IMG/VR virus record: IMGVR_UViG_3300033145_001598
Location: 1-64,000 of that record
Reading direction: 5' to 3' (one strand)
DNA from: a virus
Length of the DNA stretch: 64,000 nt
Shown: positions 31,501 through 40,131 of the stretch, piece after piece
Position numbering within the stretch: position 1 is the stretch's first letter
How the letters are laid out: the number at the start of each line of letters is the position of its first letter
Notes under the pieces: generated by a model
The model's database searches: none
What the model was told of the DNA's origin: nothing
What the model saw: the letters and a program-made list of their open reading frames with translations, nothing else
Program-made: the position numbers and the translations under genes

Positions 31501-32491
31501 GTTTACCACGATTATATGTAGTTATGGTATCACCAGACACACATCCAGGTACGCCGGTCATGAGTACTCCTCGTAGTGGATCTACACCGAACTCTTTAGC
31601 TTCCTGTGAAAACTGGCTATCATACATAGAGAAATACTTCTTAGCATCATCACAGCCACCCACTTCACTGAAGTCTGGTGTTACTCCAATGTATTCTAGA
31701 ATGTCAGATCGTTTAATGACCTGCTTCTTCTCAAGTAACAACCTGCGTTCATCAATTCTCTTCAGGTGAGTGATGCAGGTAATGAGCGCGTTATCTACTT
31801 CTAACTCAGTCATACCTTGTAGAGCAGTAGCAAATTTACTGAAGTCATCGTCCGTATAGTTCAGTTGAGACTGAATGGTCTTACCTTTATTCTTGTCTCT
31901 AACATGGTCTACTGTCATTTTGATACGTTCTTTGATGGCTTCATGACTTGGAAGCTCATACTCTACAACAGTAATCTGTTTCTCAATGGTAGGTTCTACT
32001 CCACCTTTAGTACCACTTGGACCATGAGCTACACATGGAGCTACGATAAGCAACGTCTTCTTTTGTTTGATTAGTGTTCCATAGAGATCTCTGATCTGTC
32101 TTGGCAATGGTTGTGCCAGGACAGTATGGAAATCTTTCATGACAAAGATGGCGCCCTTCCTATCGTTAGGTATCTTAATATCATCAATACATTGCAGTGC
32201 CTTTGGAGGATTCCAGCTTTCTGCTTGTTCTCCAGAAGCTCTGGTTGCTGATGCCTTTGTACTGTACCTGACTAGGCCTTGATACGAAGACCAGGTCCAC
32301 AAGTCTTTATTCTGACGTTGAGCTACTTCTTTGTAAAAGTTTAGGATAAATCTTTTCTCTTCATGTGTTGTTACCCAAATTATAGGTACGTGAGCCTTTA
32401 CTAAACTAAAGATCTGGTCCATCGAGCTTTCATAATTTACTGAAGCTAGCTCTTGAGTATCATTAGATTCTGGTGTTTCTGTCTGTGACAT
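28556..32491 (-). CDS. Ycf46-like AAA+ ATPase with two inteins
   Basis: N-terminal IIWV.THEE.R and KDFH; spliced GVPG-TGKS (Walker A), LVGG-SE, WIDEIEK (Walker B), ATAN, LPPELIR.F, FFVDLP. Confidence 0.88.
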   Translation of the reverse strand: MSQTETPESNDTQELASVNYESSMDQIFSLVKAHVPIIWVTTHEEKRFILNFYKEVAQRQNKDLWTWSSYQGLVRYSTKASATRASGEQAESWNPPKALQCIDDIKIPNDRKGAIFVMKDFHTVLAQPLPRQIRDLYGTLIKQKKTLLIVAPCVAHGPSGTKGGVEPTIEKQITVVEYELPSHEAIKERIKMTVDHVRDKNKGKTIQSQLNYTDDDFSKFATALQGMTELEVDNALITCITHLKRIDERRLLLEKKQVIKRSDILEYIGVTPDFSEVGGCDDAKKYFSMYDSQFSQEAKEFGVDPLRGVLMTGVPGCVSGDTITTYNRGKRTDFRDIRVEDLYKRFNQRGDDRYKWNPEIPTYLHSFDGEGKFVKNRVLGVIDSGIKEIVEVCISIDGSNENKIVMLTPDHPICMATGLYKPAGILERGMKVLCQGSMKPQFSGGKNIKLRPKRRVVETLKYHPKASEHEVNGCTYQRSNYARLVIEAHMNSMTPEEFIDILKTNEQQSSKLKFLSRNYDVHHIDESPLNDDISNLMVMEHDGHAHLHSKVENFNVDYIQEGTVVSVEKRDEDITYDIQMEYPNNNFVADGVIVHNTGKSLLAKAVSAAWNLPLLRLDVGKVMTGLVGGSIRGSEEIIWYDEDGDSHRNTIQELVENKPDNCWVDTYTDTGLGQRGKVEAFIPHKMQPEDKLYKLMTEDGRSIITTGDHGVFSYTDNLRLKEVRVDSLNPGDFIASPGVLYVAEGTNDKGTWTEGFLAGAWLGDGDYNGKDVRYHLNIKDLPAFEAILDEGNFNYSIYDSSSSDQCKVVHVRDLQATLKADGYEGNSHTKRVPESVFGYSKEYIFGLLSGYFSTDGSFTGHILEVSSVSKLLRDDIAHLLHRVGIHAHIAEKISDSGKRTTPGTDYIVRISSETDLNKFEKKVGFIQDYKAKALADRQSFNIHGYYIPLTEKVKDEINAVRKRMWSKLHSRPYNYDHRASAIGLETVKKCIQFAPGTYYGTPITDELCTVMKAATHSEVRWVKVKSIKEVPREKGKDTVYDISVPGHGLEKFIAGSCPMLVHNSEEKMRQVIAQAEAVAPAVLWIDEIEKSLSGSKSSNFSDGGTLARVFGTLLTAMEERMEGIITIATANDIQALPPELIRRFNEVFFVDLPTSVERDEIFRIHLKKKDRNADDLKLDMEVLVAASHMYTGSEIEKAVKESVVRAFQDGKREIQTKDILGALKDTKAIAKIMKEKIDEIRSWARDRARYASSLAAAANAPGAQVVTTESGKELDLADSLDDLDEIQTEKEKEKKDYVSEEEVRTSDLLDD
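29303..30604 (-). mobile_element. intein 2 (Ser-initiated, LAGLIDADG, 434 aa) in the AAA+ ATPase
   Basis: LVGG|SIRGSE ... TGDH ... AGAWLGDG and SGYFSTDG ... LVHN|SEEK. Confidence 0.9.
30704..31543 (-). mobile_element. intein 1 (HNH-containing, 280 aa) in the AAA+ Walker A motif
   Basis: GVPG|CVSGDT ... TPDHP ... VHHIDE...N ... IVHN|TGKS. Confidence 0.9.
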
Positions 32492-32513
32492 TTAAATCGT
32501 CCCCTTGTTTATC

Positions 32514-33128
32514 TTATTTGTTATTTGTTTTCTCGTTATGTTTAACAAGTCTTACTTCATTTACTCCCAGAACATCCATGGTTTGTCTGATAGTATATAT
32601 TTCTTCAAATGAGACATGAATGTCTGCCTTATCATTATTTTTTTCTCCAATCTCGATTACTTTCCCATTCTTACTGACCTGAAAACAACTGGTCTTACCT
32701 GTTTCTTCAGTTAGCTTTTGTAACATAGCCAGATGTCTTCTGTCTAGATCTGGTAGATCTTTATCTGTGATAATTATTTCTAGTGGTTGAAAGATTTCTT
32801 CTTTTAGTAATTCCTTAAGGTCAAATAATTGAGCCATCGCCTTTTCTCTAGACTGTACGTTTCCATCTTTCATCTCTAATCTTTGGAGGTTGGGAAGTTT
32901 GATTACTCTTACTCCACTAACCTCTTTTGATTCAATGTATTGAGTAACTGCACGTTCTAGAAATGCTCCAAAAGTTATGACTGTAACTCCAGGCTTCACA
33001 TGATCTTCTACTCTAAACTGAGGAATGTTTAGAATAGAATATTCTTGTTCAAGTATCTCGAGCCACTTGTTAACTCTCTTAGTCTCTTCTTGTTTTGCAG
33101 CATTTGTGAACGCTATTACTTTTTTCAT
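32514..33128 (-). CDS. hypothetical protein
   Basis: 204 aa ORF in operon-like run. Confidence 0.5.
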   Translation of the reverse strand: MKKVIAFTNAAKQEETKRVNKWLEILEQEYSILNIPQFRVEDHVKPGVTVITFGAFLERAVTQYIESKEVSGVRVIKLPNLQRLEMKDGNVQSREKAMAQLFDLKELLKEEIFQPLEIIITDKDLPDLDRRHLAMLQKLTEETGKTSCFQVSKNGKVIEIGEKNNDKADIHVSFEEIYTIRQTMDVLGVNEVRLVKHNEKTNNK

Positions 33129-33130
33129 AA

Positions 33131-33709
33131 TTATTCAATCACAGAGAGTGCTCTACTAAACACATCGTCTTCATCTCTGTCAGCATCTGTTGCATATGGA
33201 AAAATAACCTTCAGACTAAGCGCTGTTCTTCCACCACTCAACTCTACTCTTTTTATTTTCTTGAGATATCCAGCTTGAATTATTTTATAGTTATGTGAAA
33301 CTATTCTACTGATATGTTTCGGTACATATCCAAGAGTAATAGGAGTTACTTTGAGAAATGACATCGAATTTCTTCTAGGATCATCAAGTATTGCTGGCAT
33401 AAACTGACCCTTTACAAGGGTAGCATTTTTATCGTATTGATTAGTAGGTTCTGATTCTAGAAGTATCTTAAAGACATCTCCGTTTCTTCCTAAAGGGTAA
33501 GAAACTACATCGTTATTGAAATCAACAACTGGAACTGCCAGGGAACGTGATCTTACTATTGTATGAATAGCATGCTTATAGTTCACCTGCATGTTCTCAT
33601 GACCAATACTCTTAGTGTATCCAGCTATATAGAACTCGAAGGTACCTTCATCTATATTGTCTTTGATACCTTGCTTAGCATTAGCTAGCTCACCCAATAG
33701 TCCTGACAT
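33131..33709 (-). CDS. HIRAN-like domain protein
   Basis: L.SEPTNQYDKNA ... LGYVPK. Confidence 0.55.
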   Translation of the reverse strand: MSGLLGELANAKQGIKDNIDEGTFEFYIAGYTKSIGHENMQVNYKHAIHTIVRSRSLAVPVVDFNNDVVSYPLGRNGDVFKILLESEPTNQYDKNATLVKGQFMPAILDDPRRNSMSFLKVTPITLGYVPKHISRIVSHNYKIIQAGYLKKIKRVELSGGRTALSLKVIFPYATDADRDEDDVFSRALSVIE

Positions 33710-33710
33710 T

Positions 33711-34310
33711 TTAGTTTACCTCTCCACTATTGTCATCATCATCTAATATCTCTTCTGCGCCCATGCTAATGATATCTTCTCTAGTGATTGCACCTTTCTT
33801 AAGTAGAATCCTAACAATCTCTTTAGGATCTGCACCAGAAGCTGCTGCAATTGATGCAATACTACTAGCATCATTCATTCTATGATACTGATCTATTTCT
33901 TCTTGGGTTACTTCTTCTTCTATTGTATGGATCTTGATATTCTTCTGTTGGATAAACTTCAACAGATAGAACCCAACTCCCATCATGAAGAGCAAACTGT
34001 ATCTTGTCATCTCCTGACTCATCAGAAGACTAGATAGTTGTGGTCCCATTAGTTTGTAAAGACCACTAACCATTGCCTGAGTCATCAGTGGAATAACTTG
34101 TTGTCTAGTACTGTTGAGTTCTTCTTGCTTCATCCTGTCACTAACATACTCAGTGATCTTCTCAGTGATTTCAGAGATAGGAATCTCGTCGCCATCTTCA
34201 TCACGAAGTTGGACGGACATCTTGACCTTCCTGCGAGGGTCAATCATTACTATCTTTAGGAGTTGATCTATACTAGGTGTGTCGTCACTCTGCCATGGTA
34301 CGTCGCTCAT
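33711..34310 (-). CDS. hypothetical helical protein
   Basis: ORF with GGAG upstream. Confidence 0.5.
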   Translation of the reverse strand: MSDVPWQSDDTPSIDQLLKIVMIDPRRKVKMSVQLRDEDGDEIPISEITEKITEYVSDRMKQEELNSTRQQVIPLMTQAMVSGLYKLMGPQLSSLLMSQEMTRYSLLFMMGVGFYLLKFIQQKNIKIHTIEEEVTQEEIDQYHRMNDASSIASIAAASGADPKEIVRILLKKGAITREDIISMGAEEILDDDDNSGEVN

Positions 34311-35070
34311 CGGTCTCTCCTGTGTCTTTAATTGTCTCTGCTTCTTTTTTCATTTCTTGATAGTCTTTTATAATAGCTTGTAGTTTGATCTCAGCCTGTC
34401 TCATCTTAAAAGTTTCGTTCTTGTCTTTGTATACCGCTTTTACGAATGGGCTGACTTGAATAGCTTCATACAATGAATCAAATTTTTCCTTCATGTCTCC
34501 AGTCCAACATTTAAACCATGTACCATTGCCCTGGTTTAACGCTGTCGCTAGATCTTTATCATTGACATGTATCTCTAAACCTTTGCTAGAAGCTTCAGGC
34601 AGATACACAACTGCATGCAATGCAGAATAGATAGCCATCATTGTAGCTCTAACTGGAGGCCCTTCGCACGACCCATTTAATTCAATTGGATCCCTACTCA
34701 TACTAGGATTAATCGTCACATAATATGCAGAGGAATTATATGTTAACTCATCAGATACACAGTTAATTATTAGGTGTTCTGACTGCTCGATATCAGGTAC
34801 AACAAGTTGGATTTTCTCTTCCAAAATTTTTATTTGATTTTGAAGACCAGCCAGATTTGTTACTAACTCGTCTAGATAGTGACGGAGAACTCCAGTTTCC
34901 CCGCCACTATTGTTTTCATTAGTTATGGGTTTAATTACACCCATGCAACTGCAACTGGAATCGCATTTCTCAGACATGCTGCTAACCTCTTCACTTCGCT
35001 TGCATTTAATGGAACTGTGTGAGAGATGGGATCGCCATCTGTTTGTTTCATCCGAGCAGTAAACATACAA
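34285..35070 (-). CDS. hypothetical protein, possibly degenerate RNase H-like fold
   Basis: RATMMAIYSAL...LEIHVND loosely resembles the RNase HI helix/strand; true start probably near 34977. Confidence 0.35.
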   Translation of the reverse strand: MYVYCSDETNRWRSHLSHSSIKCKRSEEVSSMSEKCDSSCSCMGVIKPITNENNSGGETGVLRHYLDELVTNLAGLQNQIKILEEKIQLVVPDIEQSEHLIINCVSDELTYNSSAYYVTINPSMSRDPIELNGSCEGPPVRATMMAIYSALHAVVYLPEASSKGLEIHVNDKDLATALNQGNGTWFKCWTGDMKEKFDSLYEAIQVSPFVKAVYKDKNETFKMRQAEIKLQAIIKDYQEMKKEAETIKDTGETDERRTMAE

Positions 35071-35516
35071 CCTACCTGGATTCCCTTAGGAGTGGTAATA
35101 TCCAACCACTTCTGGACTTTGCCTTGTGAAGCAGTTTTTGCTCCAGGATCATGCATTAATTTGCATTCACCATTTCCACCATCACAACCTTCTAAGACAC
35201 AGAGAATTTGACTCATATCTTCTATGCTCAGAGCCATGACAATTTTGTTGTCCCAGTCATAGTCATTCTTTCCTCTAGCACTGGTGATTTCCATAAAGAT
35301 AGCACCTTCTCGGCTTTTCATTCTTCCAGCTGAACAAGGACTATTACTATCGTTTGTGTTTACACACGGATCTGGTGCATACTTTGAATCGTATACCTTT
35401 GCCTTACACTGAGCACAGTAGTAATGAGGTCGCTGCAGATTGAACTGTAGTGCTCCCCACTTTCCTGTTACGCCCTTGTAGAAGGCTAGTTGCAATGGAC
35501 TAATTGTGTTACTCAT
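34935..35516 (-). CDS. Whirly-like ssDNA-binding protein with Cys-rich insertion
   Basis: FYKG, EGAIFME, YDWDNKIVMALS, CKLMHDP, QGKVQKWL match the order of plant Whirly motifs. Confidence 0.7.
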   Translation of the reverse strand: MSNTISPLQLAFYKGVTGKWGALQFNLQRPHYYCAQCKAKVYDSKYAPDPCVNTNDSNSPCSAGRMKSREGAIFMEITSARGKNDYDWDNKIVMALSIEDMSQILCVLEGCDGGNGECKLMHDPGAKTASQGKVQKWLDITTPKGIQVGCMFTARMKQTDGDPISHTVPLNASEVKRLAACLRNAIPVAVAWV

Positions 35517-35877
35517 TTTCTTTTTTCTCCCTATTTTTTTTACCTAAGTTACTCAGCTTAGGATTCTCTTCGAAGTGTTTCCTCCACCTGGTCATTTCCA
35601 GACCTTGAGCCATAAATGCTACATCGACTGTGGGTTTTGAATAGTAGGCTCTCCTAATCTCGTCTTCACTAGGACCTACTCCTTCACAGCCTGCCATGGA
35701 TGCACCTAACATGTACCCAAGGTTTCCATAGGCTAATATAATTTCAGGGATAGTAGGATGATGTTTGTTGAAGAGTTTACGTGTTTTGTCGAGGATTTTT
35801 AGTACTTTCTCTTCGTTTACTTCCTGACTATCTATCTCTTTCCTTTTCTTCCTCTTAAAACGATCTAAGAAACTCAT
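35509..35877 (-). CDS. hypothetical protein
   Basis: AAGGAG upstream. Confidence 0.5.
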   Translation of the reverse strand: MSFLDRFKRKKRKEIDSQEVNEEKVLKILDKTRKLFNKHHPTIPEIILAYGNLGYMLGASMAGCEGVGPSEDEIRRAYYSKPTVDVAFMAQGLEMTRWRKHFEENPKLSNLGKKNREKKENE

Positions 35878-35907
35878 AATATCAAATTCTCCTTACAAAG
35901 TCTAGTA

Positions 35908-36720
35908 TTATTCTATGTCTAAATCATCTAATCTGTCATCTAAATCATCACCAGTTGCTGATAAAGCCGTCGGTGTACTCTGTTTACCTTTGGCTTTTCC
36001 ATCGGGATAAGACCTAAGACCTTTACATTTTGGATAGGCTACACAACCAAAGAAATGGCCGAACTTACCTGCTCTCTTCTTCATTGGACCTTTACAAATA
36101 GGACAGTCAAGATCTATGTATAGTTGTACTATTCTCTCGTGAGTACGCAGAGCGGCTTCCATGTTTGTTCTTGGAGTAGAACTCTCCAGCTGTCCATCAG
36201 TCAATCGAACATCTGTTTTAAAGTAACAACCATTTGAAGTAGGACGAGCTTGAAACGGAACTCCTGTCCATTCGGTAATAATTATCCTGGTTGGTACTTG
36301 TGTAACAGCTACTGTTCTTTCAATAGGAGAATTCATTGAAGCACACCAGGCAGCATAGCTTATCTCATCTCCATATCTATTCTTAAGGACCAATACTGCT
36401 TCAGCAGCTACTCGTACATTATCTATATGATCACTTATTTCAGGCGCATTACCTGCCTGCATTCTGTCTAGAATAAGAGAATCATAAGCGGCACTTCTCA
36501 CTTCAGGATATTGTGCTTGCAAGATTTCTCTGGTTCTGTCTTCTTCCATTGCAATCGCTTCTGCGGACTCTTGAGTTGCATCTATACCATGATAGTTCTG
36601 AAAGTCACTTGCCACTCCTGAGTATATAGGTGCTCGTTCTTGAACAACTCTGTTTAACTCTCGTGACCATGCTCTTGCATGAGCATCCGGAATTCCATTC
36701 GGTGGGTCTCCAGCTGGCAT
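35908..36720 (-). CDS. protein with topoisomerase-type C4 zinc finger, gp23-like segment and DRLDDLDI tail
   Basis: CPICKGPMKKRAGKFGHFFGCVAYPKC; DFQNYHGIDATQE; ends DDLDDRLDDLDIE. Confidence 0.6.
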   Translation of the reverse strand: MPAGDPPNGIPDAHARAWSRELNRVVQERAPIYSGVASDFQNYHGIDATQESAEAIAMEEDRTREILQAQYPEVRSAAYDSLILDRMQAGNAPEISDHIDNVRVAAEAVLVLKNRYGDEISYAAWCASMNSPIERTVAVTQVPTRIIITEWTGVPFQARPTSNGCYFKTDVRLTDGQLESSTPRTNMEAALRTHERIVQLYIDLDCPICKGPMKKRAGKFGHFFGCVAYPKCKGLRSYPDGKAKGKQSTPTALSATGDDLDDRLDDLDIE

Positions 36721-36728
36721 ACTGTCCT

Positions 36729-36992
36729 CTAATTCATTACTAATGGATCTTGGTCTGGGTCATATCCCTGAGAGGTAATGTCAAATGTGTCCCAGACAAC
36801 AATTGAGTCTGGTTCTCCTCCAAGTTCAAGTCTTTTCTTTTCTACACATGAAGGGTTGGCACACGTTATAATTAAGAATACTTTTTCATTCTCATCATCG
36901 TGTCCTAAGTTGAGTTTCCACTCGGTACCATGACAGTCACCACATACATACTCTGTGGTTTCAATTGGGATTTTACTCATTAATTTCTCCAT
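36729..36992 (-). CDS. small Zn-binding hypothetical protein
   Basis: CGDC...CANPSC. Confidence 0.5.
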   Translation of the reverse strand: MEKLMSKIPIETTEYVCGDCHGTEWKLNLGHDDENEKVFLIITCANPSCVEKKRLELGGEPDSIVVWDTFDITSQGYDPDQDPLVMN

Positions 36993-37331
36993 CTCTGGAG
37001 CAGGACTCTTGGCGGGAAGTCTTTGTGACCTGCCCTATTGATCAGATAGTACAGGTCTGTATAGTGTCATCGTTAGCACTAGAAGATTACTAAATCCTAA
37101 TTGTTCGATCTACTCTCAACGTGCTCTGCCGAACATTTGCTCTTTCACACGAATTATGGTTTCAATCCAGCTCATTCCTACCTTATATGTACCAACGATC
37201 ATAATATTAGCATGGTAATAATATAATCTAAGTAATTTCGGATTTAGTTTTTCAGAATGAGTTACCGCTTTCTTTAGCTCGCGGGCAGCTGTTATATTAG
37301 AACCAGTCTCTTTTATTATAGAGATCTGGGG

Positions 37332-37997
37332 CTAAGTAGTTTTCTTTCTCCGTTTTCTTATCTTTTTCTGTTTTTTAGCAGGTTTCAAGATACCATCTAT
37401 AATTCCGTACTCTAGAGCTCCTTCTGCTGTTAAATAAATGTCGTTACCATTTAGTAAGTATTCTTTTACTTCCTTTTCGGTCTCGAACACACTATGTTGT
37501 GTCCAGAATTTAATCTCTCGGTTGTATTCCTGTTCTACCCACTTTAATTGAGAGAGTATTTGATCTCTGGTTCCACCCATAAAGTCTGTATAGAATCCAT
37601 GTACCATAATGGTAGCATCAGAATCGGCAAGTCTTTTACCTACCGTACCAGCAGCTAGAATACATGCTCCCATAGAACATACTTCTCCTACTGCTACAGT
37701 TTTCACGTCCATACGGACATGTTTCATCATAGATATAAGAGCTGATCCTTCTGCTATTTGTCCACCAACAGAATTGACTACGATTTGAACATCGTCTTTC
37801 CAATGAGGATTGAGGTGCTTGAGTAGAATGTCTTGCTGTATCTCTGTTAGACTACCTTCGTCTATTTCTCCCACAATATAGTAAACCCCTTGTGTTTTGA
37901 GGCCTTCTTCAGCAAGCGGTGGTTCTAGTTTGGCATCATCTAAAAACTCAAACAGACTAGTACCTCCTGAATCTTTCCTACGTACACGCATGAGCAC
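37332..37997 (-). CDS. clpP: ClpP-like protease
   Basis: VNSVGG, CSMGA (Ser), IMVH (His), DIYLTA..ALEYGIID (Asp). Confidence 0.85.
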   Translation of the reverse strand: MLMRVRRKDSGGTSLFEFLDDAKLEPPLAEEGLKTQGVYYIVGEIDEGSLTEIQQDILLKHLNPHWKDDVQIVVNSVGGQIAEGSALISMMKHVRMDVKTVAVGEVCSMGACILAAGTVGKRLADSDATIMVHGFYTDFMGGTRDQILSQLKWVEQEYNREIKFWTQHSVFETEKEVKEYLLNGNDIYLTAEGALEYGIIDGILKPAKKQKKIRKRRKKTT

Positions 37998-38126
37998 TCC
38001 TACTTACAACTACCTATACATCCATTATTCTACCTCTTTCAGTAGTTATTGACACTACTGATCTATAAAATATATAAGTATAGGAATTCATTCATAAATT
38101 AGAAAGATGTCCAGGTTTGAACCTAG

Positions 38127-38468
38127 TTAATCAGCACGCATGAACTTTACTTCTTTGCTTGCATATACTCTCTTCGTCTTGATAGCAATGGCTTCAACTT
38201 CGCCCCCGCCCTCGACCCAAGAATCTTTACTCTCAAGGTTTAGTGGTGCCATGGAAGCTAGATCTATGATATCAACCCATCCTTCCTCATCGTCAGCGGC
38301 TATAGCGCCCTTACACCACTTACCGTCCACCATCACCAGTGTTTTTTCGAACTTGGGGTCGGTTTTGTCTATTTTCATTGCTTCTTCCTTGGTTTTTCTT
38401 ACCTTGGTAATTTCTGTTACCTTGGTAGCCTCCCTTCCTGGGTGGTCTGTTTTTCCATACCTTTCCAC
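38127..38468 (-). CDS. hypothetical protein
   Basis: ORF; real start probably the internal MKIDK. Confidence 0.45.
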   Translation of the reverse strand: MERYGKTDHPGREATKVTEITKVRKTKEEAMKIDKTDPKFEKTLVMVDGKWCKGAIAADDEEGWVDIIDLASMAPLNLESKDSWVEGGGEVEAIAIKTKRVYASKEVKFMRAD

Positions 38469-38634
38469 AAGTTGTACACTCGAACTCTTTTCTTATGGGG
38501 CCATGGCTCTTGTATTGTATCCAGATCTCTATCATTGTTCCGGTGCAGGAGTACCTCCTACAATCTTTGATAGGACTCAAGACGTCTTTCATATAGGGAG
38601 CTGCACAATAGGTATGTTTGTTTCGACCTGACAT
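38320..38634 (-). CDS. Zn-ribbon protein with Asn/Arg/Gly-rich tail
   Basis: CRRYSC...CTTC; low-complexity tail. Confidence 0.45.
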   Translation of the reverse strand: MSGRNKHTYCAAPYMKDVLSPIKDCRRYSCTGTMIEIWIQYKSHGPIRKEFECTTCGKVWKNRPPRKGGYQGNRNYQGKKNQGRSNENRQNRPQVRKNTGDGGR

Positions 38635-38679
38635 TCACTTACCTGAAGATAGTATCAGATAAGTGTACTGGATCATTAA

Positions 38680-39219
38680 CTATAGGTCAAGGTGATCTAT
38701 CTGGTCTGAAAGGTCATCTCCTGAAGAGCTATGTAATCCTTTCTTATATCCTGCTTCAAACCCCTCTTGCCACAGATCGTCCAGGTCTTTCCTGTTGAAG
38801 ATAGGTTTTTCTGTGTCCATAGGATGCATAGGAGCCTCTACAGCGGTCTTTAATGCTAACCAGGTGGTAGGGACTGGTCCGTGTGACAAAGCTCTAGAAA
38901 CGTCTTCCAGGATGTCTCGTAGCCCTCTCTGATTGACTGGAATCCTATCAGCTAGCTTTTTCAGATCTCTACCTACGTTATCGAAGTATCTATCCACTAC
39001 TAGCTTGGTTCTATCAGCACAGATGGTTACATACTCACTCATAGTCTCTAGGGTAACCTCATAGGATCGACCCTTTGCATTAACATTAACAGTTCTCTCT
39101 TTATCTGCTTCAGAGACTAAGTTAACGATATTCTTAAGGTCTTCCACAATTATATCAAGTTCATTATGGTAGACGTGGACCGGTGCTTCGTATTCCGGGA
39201 TAGTTGGAGGTGCAGGCAT
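38680..39219 (-). CDS. hypothetical protein with DxLD-type tail
   Basis: Ends DDLSDQIDHLDL. Confidence 0.5.
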   Translation of the reverse strand: MPAPPTIPEYEAPVHVYHNELDIIVEDLKNIVNLVSEADKERTVNVNAKGRSYEVTLETMSEYVTICADRTKLVVDRYFDNVGRDLKKLADRIPVNQRGLRDILEDVSRALSHGPVPTTWLALKTAVEAPMHPMDTEKPIFNRKDLDDLWQEGFEAGYKKGLHSSSGDDLSDQIDHLDL

Positions 39220-39649
39220 CTCTTGCTCTTTCTAGTTCGTTGATTATTTTTAATATCTTATTGGGATATTGTCTATCGTACCAATTATAGTGTCTTAGCC
39301 AGTGATGTGTTCCTTTGTTCTTAGCCAGACACGATTTTTTCATCTGATATAGCAGTCGGACACCTTCCTTGATATTACATTCCATCTTTTTTACGTTACA
39401 TCTGTTACAAAATTTAAATGGACTGTCTTTAGGACAATGGAGCTGCATTAGACCATAGTCATTGGTTCTACTAGGATACTTTAGCTGTCTGAAGCTGCTT
39501 TCATGCTTCATAATAGCTAAAACTACTATAGGATCTACTTTATACTTGTTTGTATACTGACAGGTATAGGTGGCGATCGCTTTAGACTCTCTGTATGGTT
39601 GTCCTTGGGTAGATAGGAGGCAAATCAAGAGAACTATGCAAGTTTTCAC
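39164..39649 (-). CDS. SLT-family lytic transglycosylase with signal peptide
   Basis: AIMKHESSF (catalytic Glu), DYGLMQL, NIKEG, HYN; hydrophobic N-terminus. Confidence 0.8.
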   Translation of the reverse strand: MKTCIVLLICLLSTQGQPYRESKAIATYTCQYTNKYKVDPIVVLAIMKHESSFRQLKYPSRTNDYGLMQLHCPKDSPFKFCNRCNVKKMECNIKEGVRLLYQMKKSCLAKNKGTHHWLRHYNWYDRQYPNKILKIINELERARDACTSNYPGIRSTGPRLP

Positions 39650-40131
39650 TTAGCATCAGCTTTCTTTTTCTTTATAACTCCTTTCAATTTGATTAATTCC
39701 TTCTCAGTGACCTCTAGCCAGTCTTCATATGTCTTTCTGTACCAGGCTACGGGACTATCTGTTACCTGGCCTGGTTCTCTGGCTATTTTCTTGTTGAGGA
39801 GTCTCTTGGCAGACACAGGGTTCTCTCCACAGAGTACTGATCGAGGGTCTACTGCTGTGACTACGATCTTATAGACAGGACTGTCACGGTGGGGGGTTCG
39901 TACTACATATCCTTTACAGAAGAAGTACGAGGTTTTGTCTGCTGGGTCTGCAAAGGCATGAAAATAGACGAGTTTGCCGATGCCAAGCTTAGTCTTCTTA
40001 ATAGGGGGACTACCACGCTGGGGTTTTCTTCTGTTGGAATTATTTCTGTTCATATTCCTGAACCTGGAGTTGGCACTGCCAGCCGTTGGACTGGTGAGGA
40101 CTTCCATCCTGAAGAGGGATAGAGCGACCAC
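39646..40131 (-). CDS. basic hypothetical protein downstream of the RT
   Basis: ORF; real start probably MNRNN near 40053. Confidence 0.5.
   Translation of the reverse strand: MVALSLFRMEVLTSPTAGSANSRFRNMNRNNSNRRKPQRGSPPIKKTKLGIGKLVYFHAFADPADKTSYFFCKGYVVRTPHRDSPVYKIVVTAVDPRSVLCGENPVSAKRLLNKKIAREPGQVTDSPVAWYRKTYEDWLEVTEKELIKLKGVIKKKKADAK

Noticed and set aside
38039-38080. + strand TTGACA promoter inside a small inverted repeat
   Set aside because: No good -10 at 17-bp spacing and it points antisense to all local genes; could be chance in AT-rich DNA.
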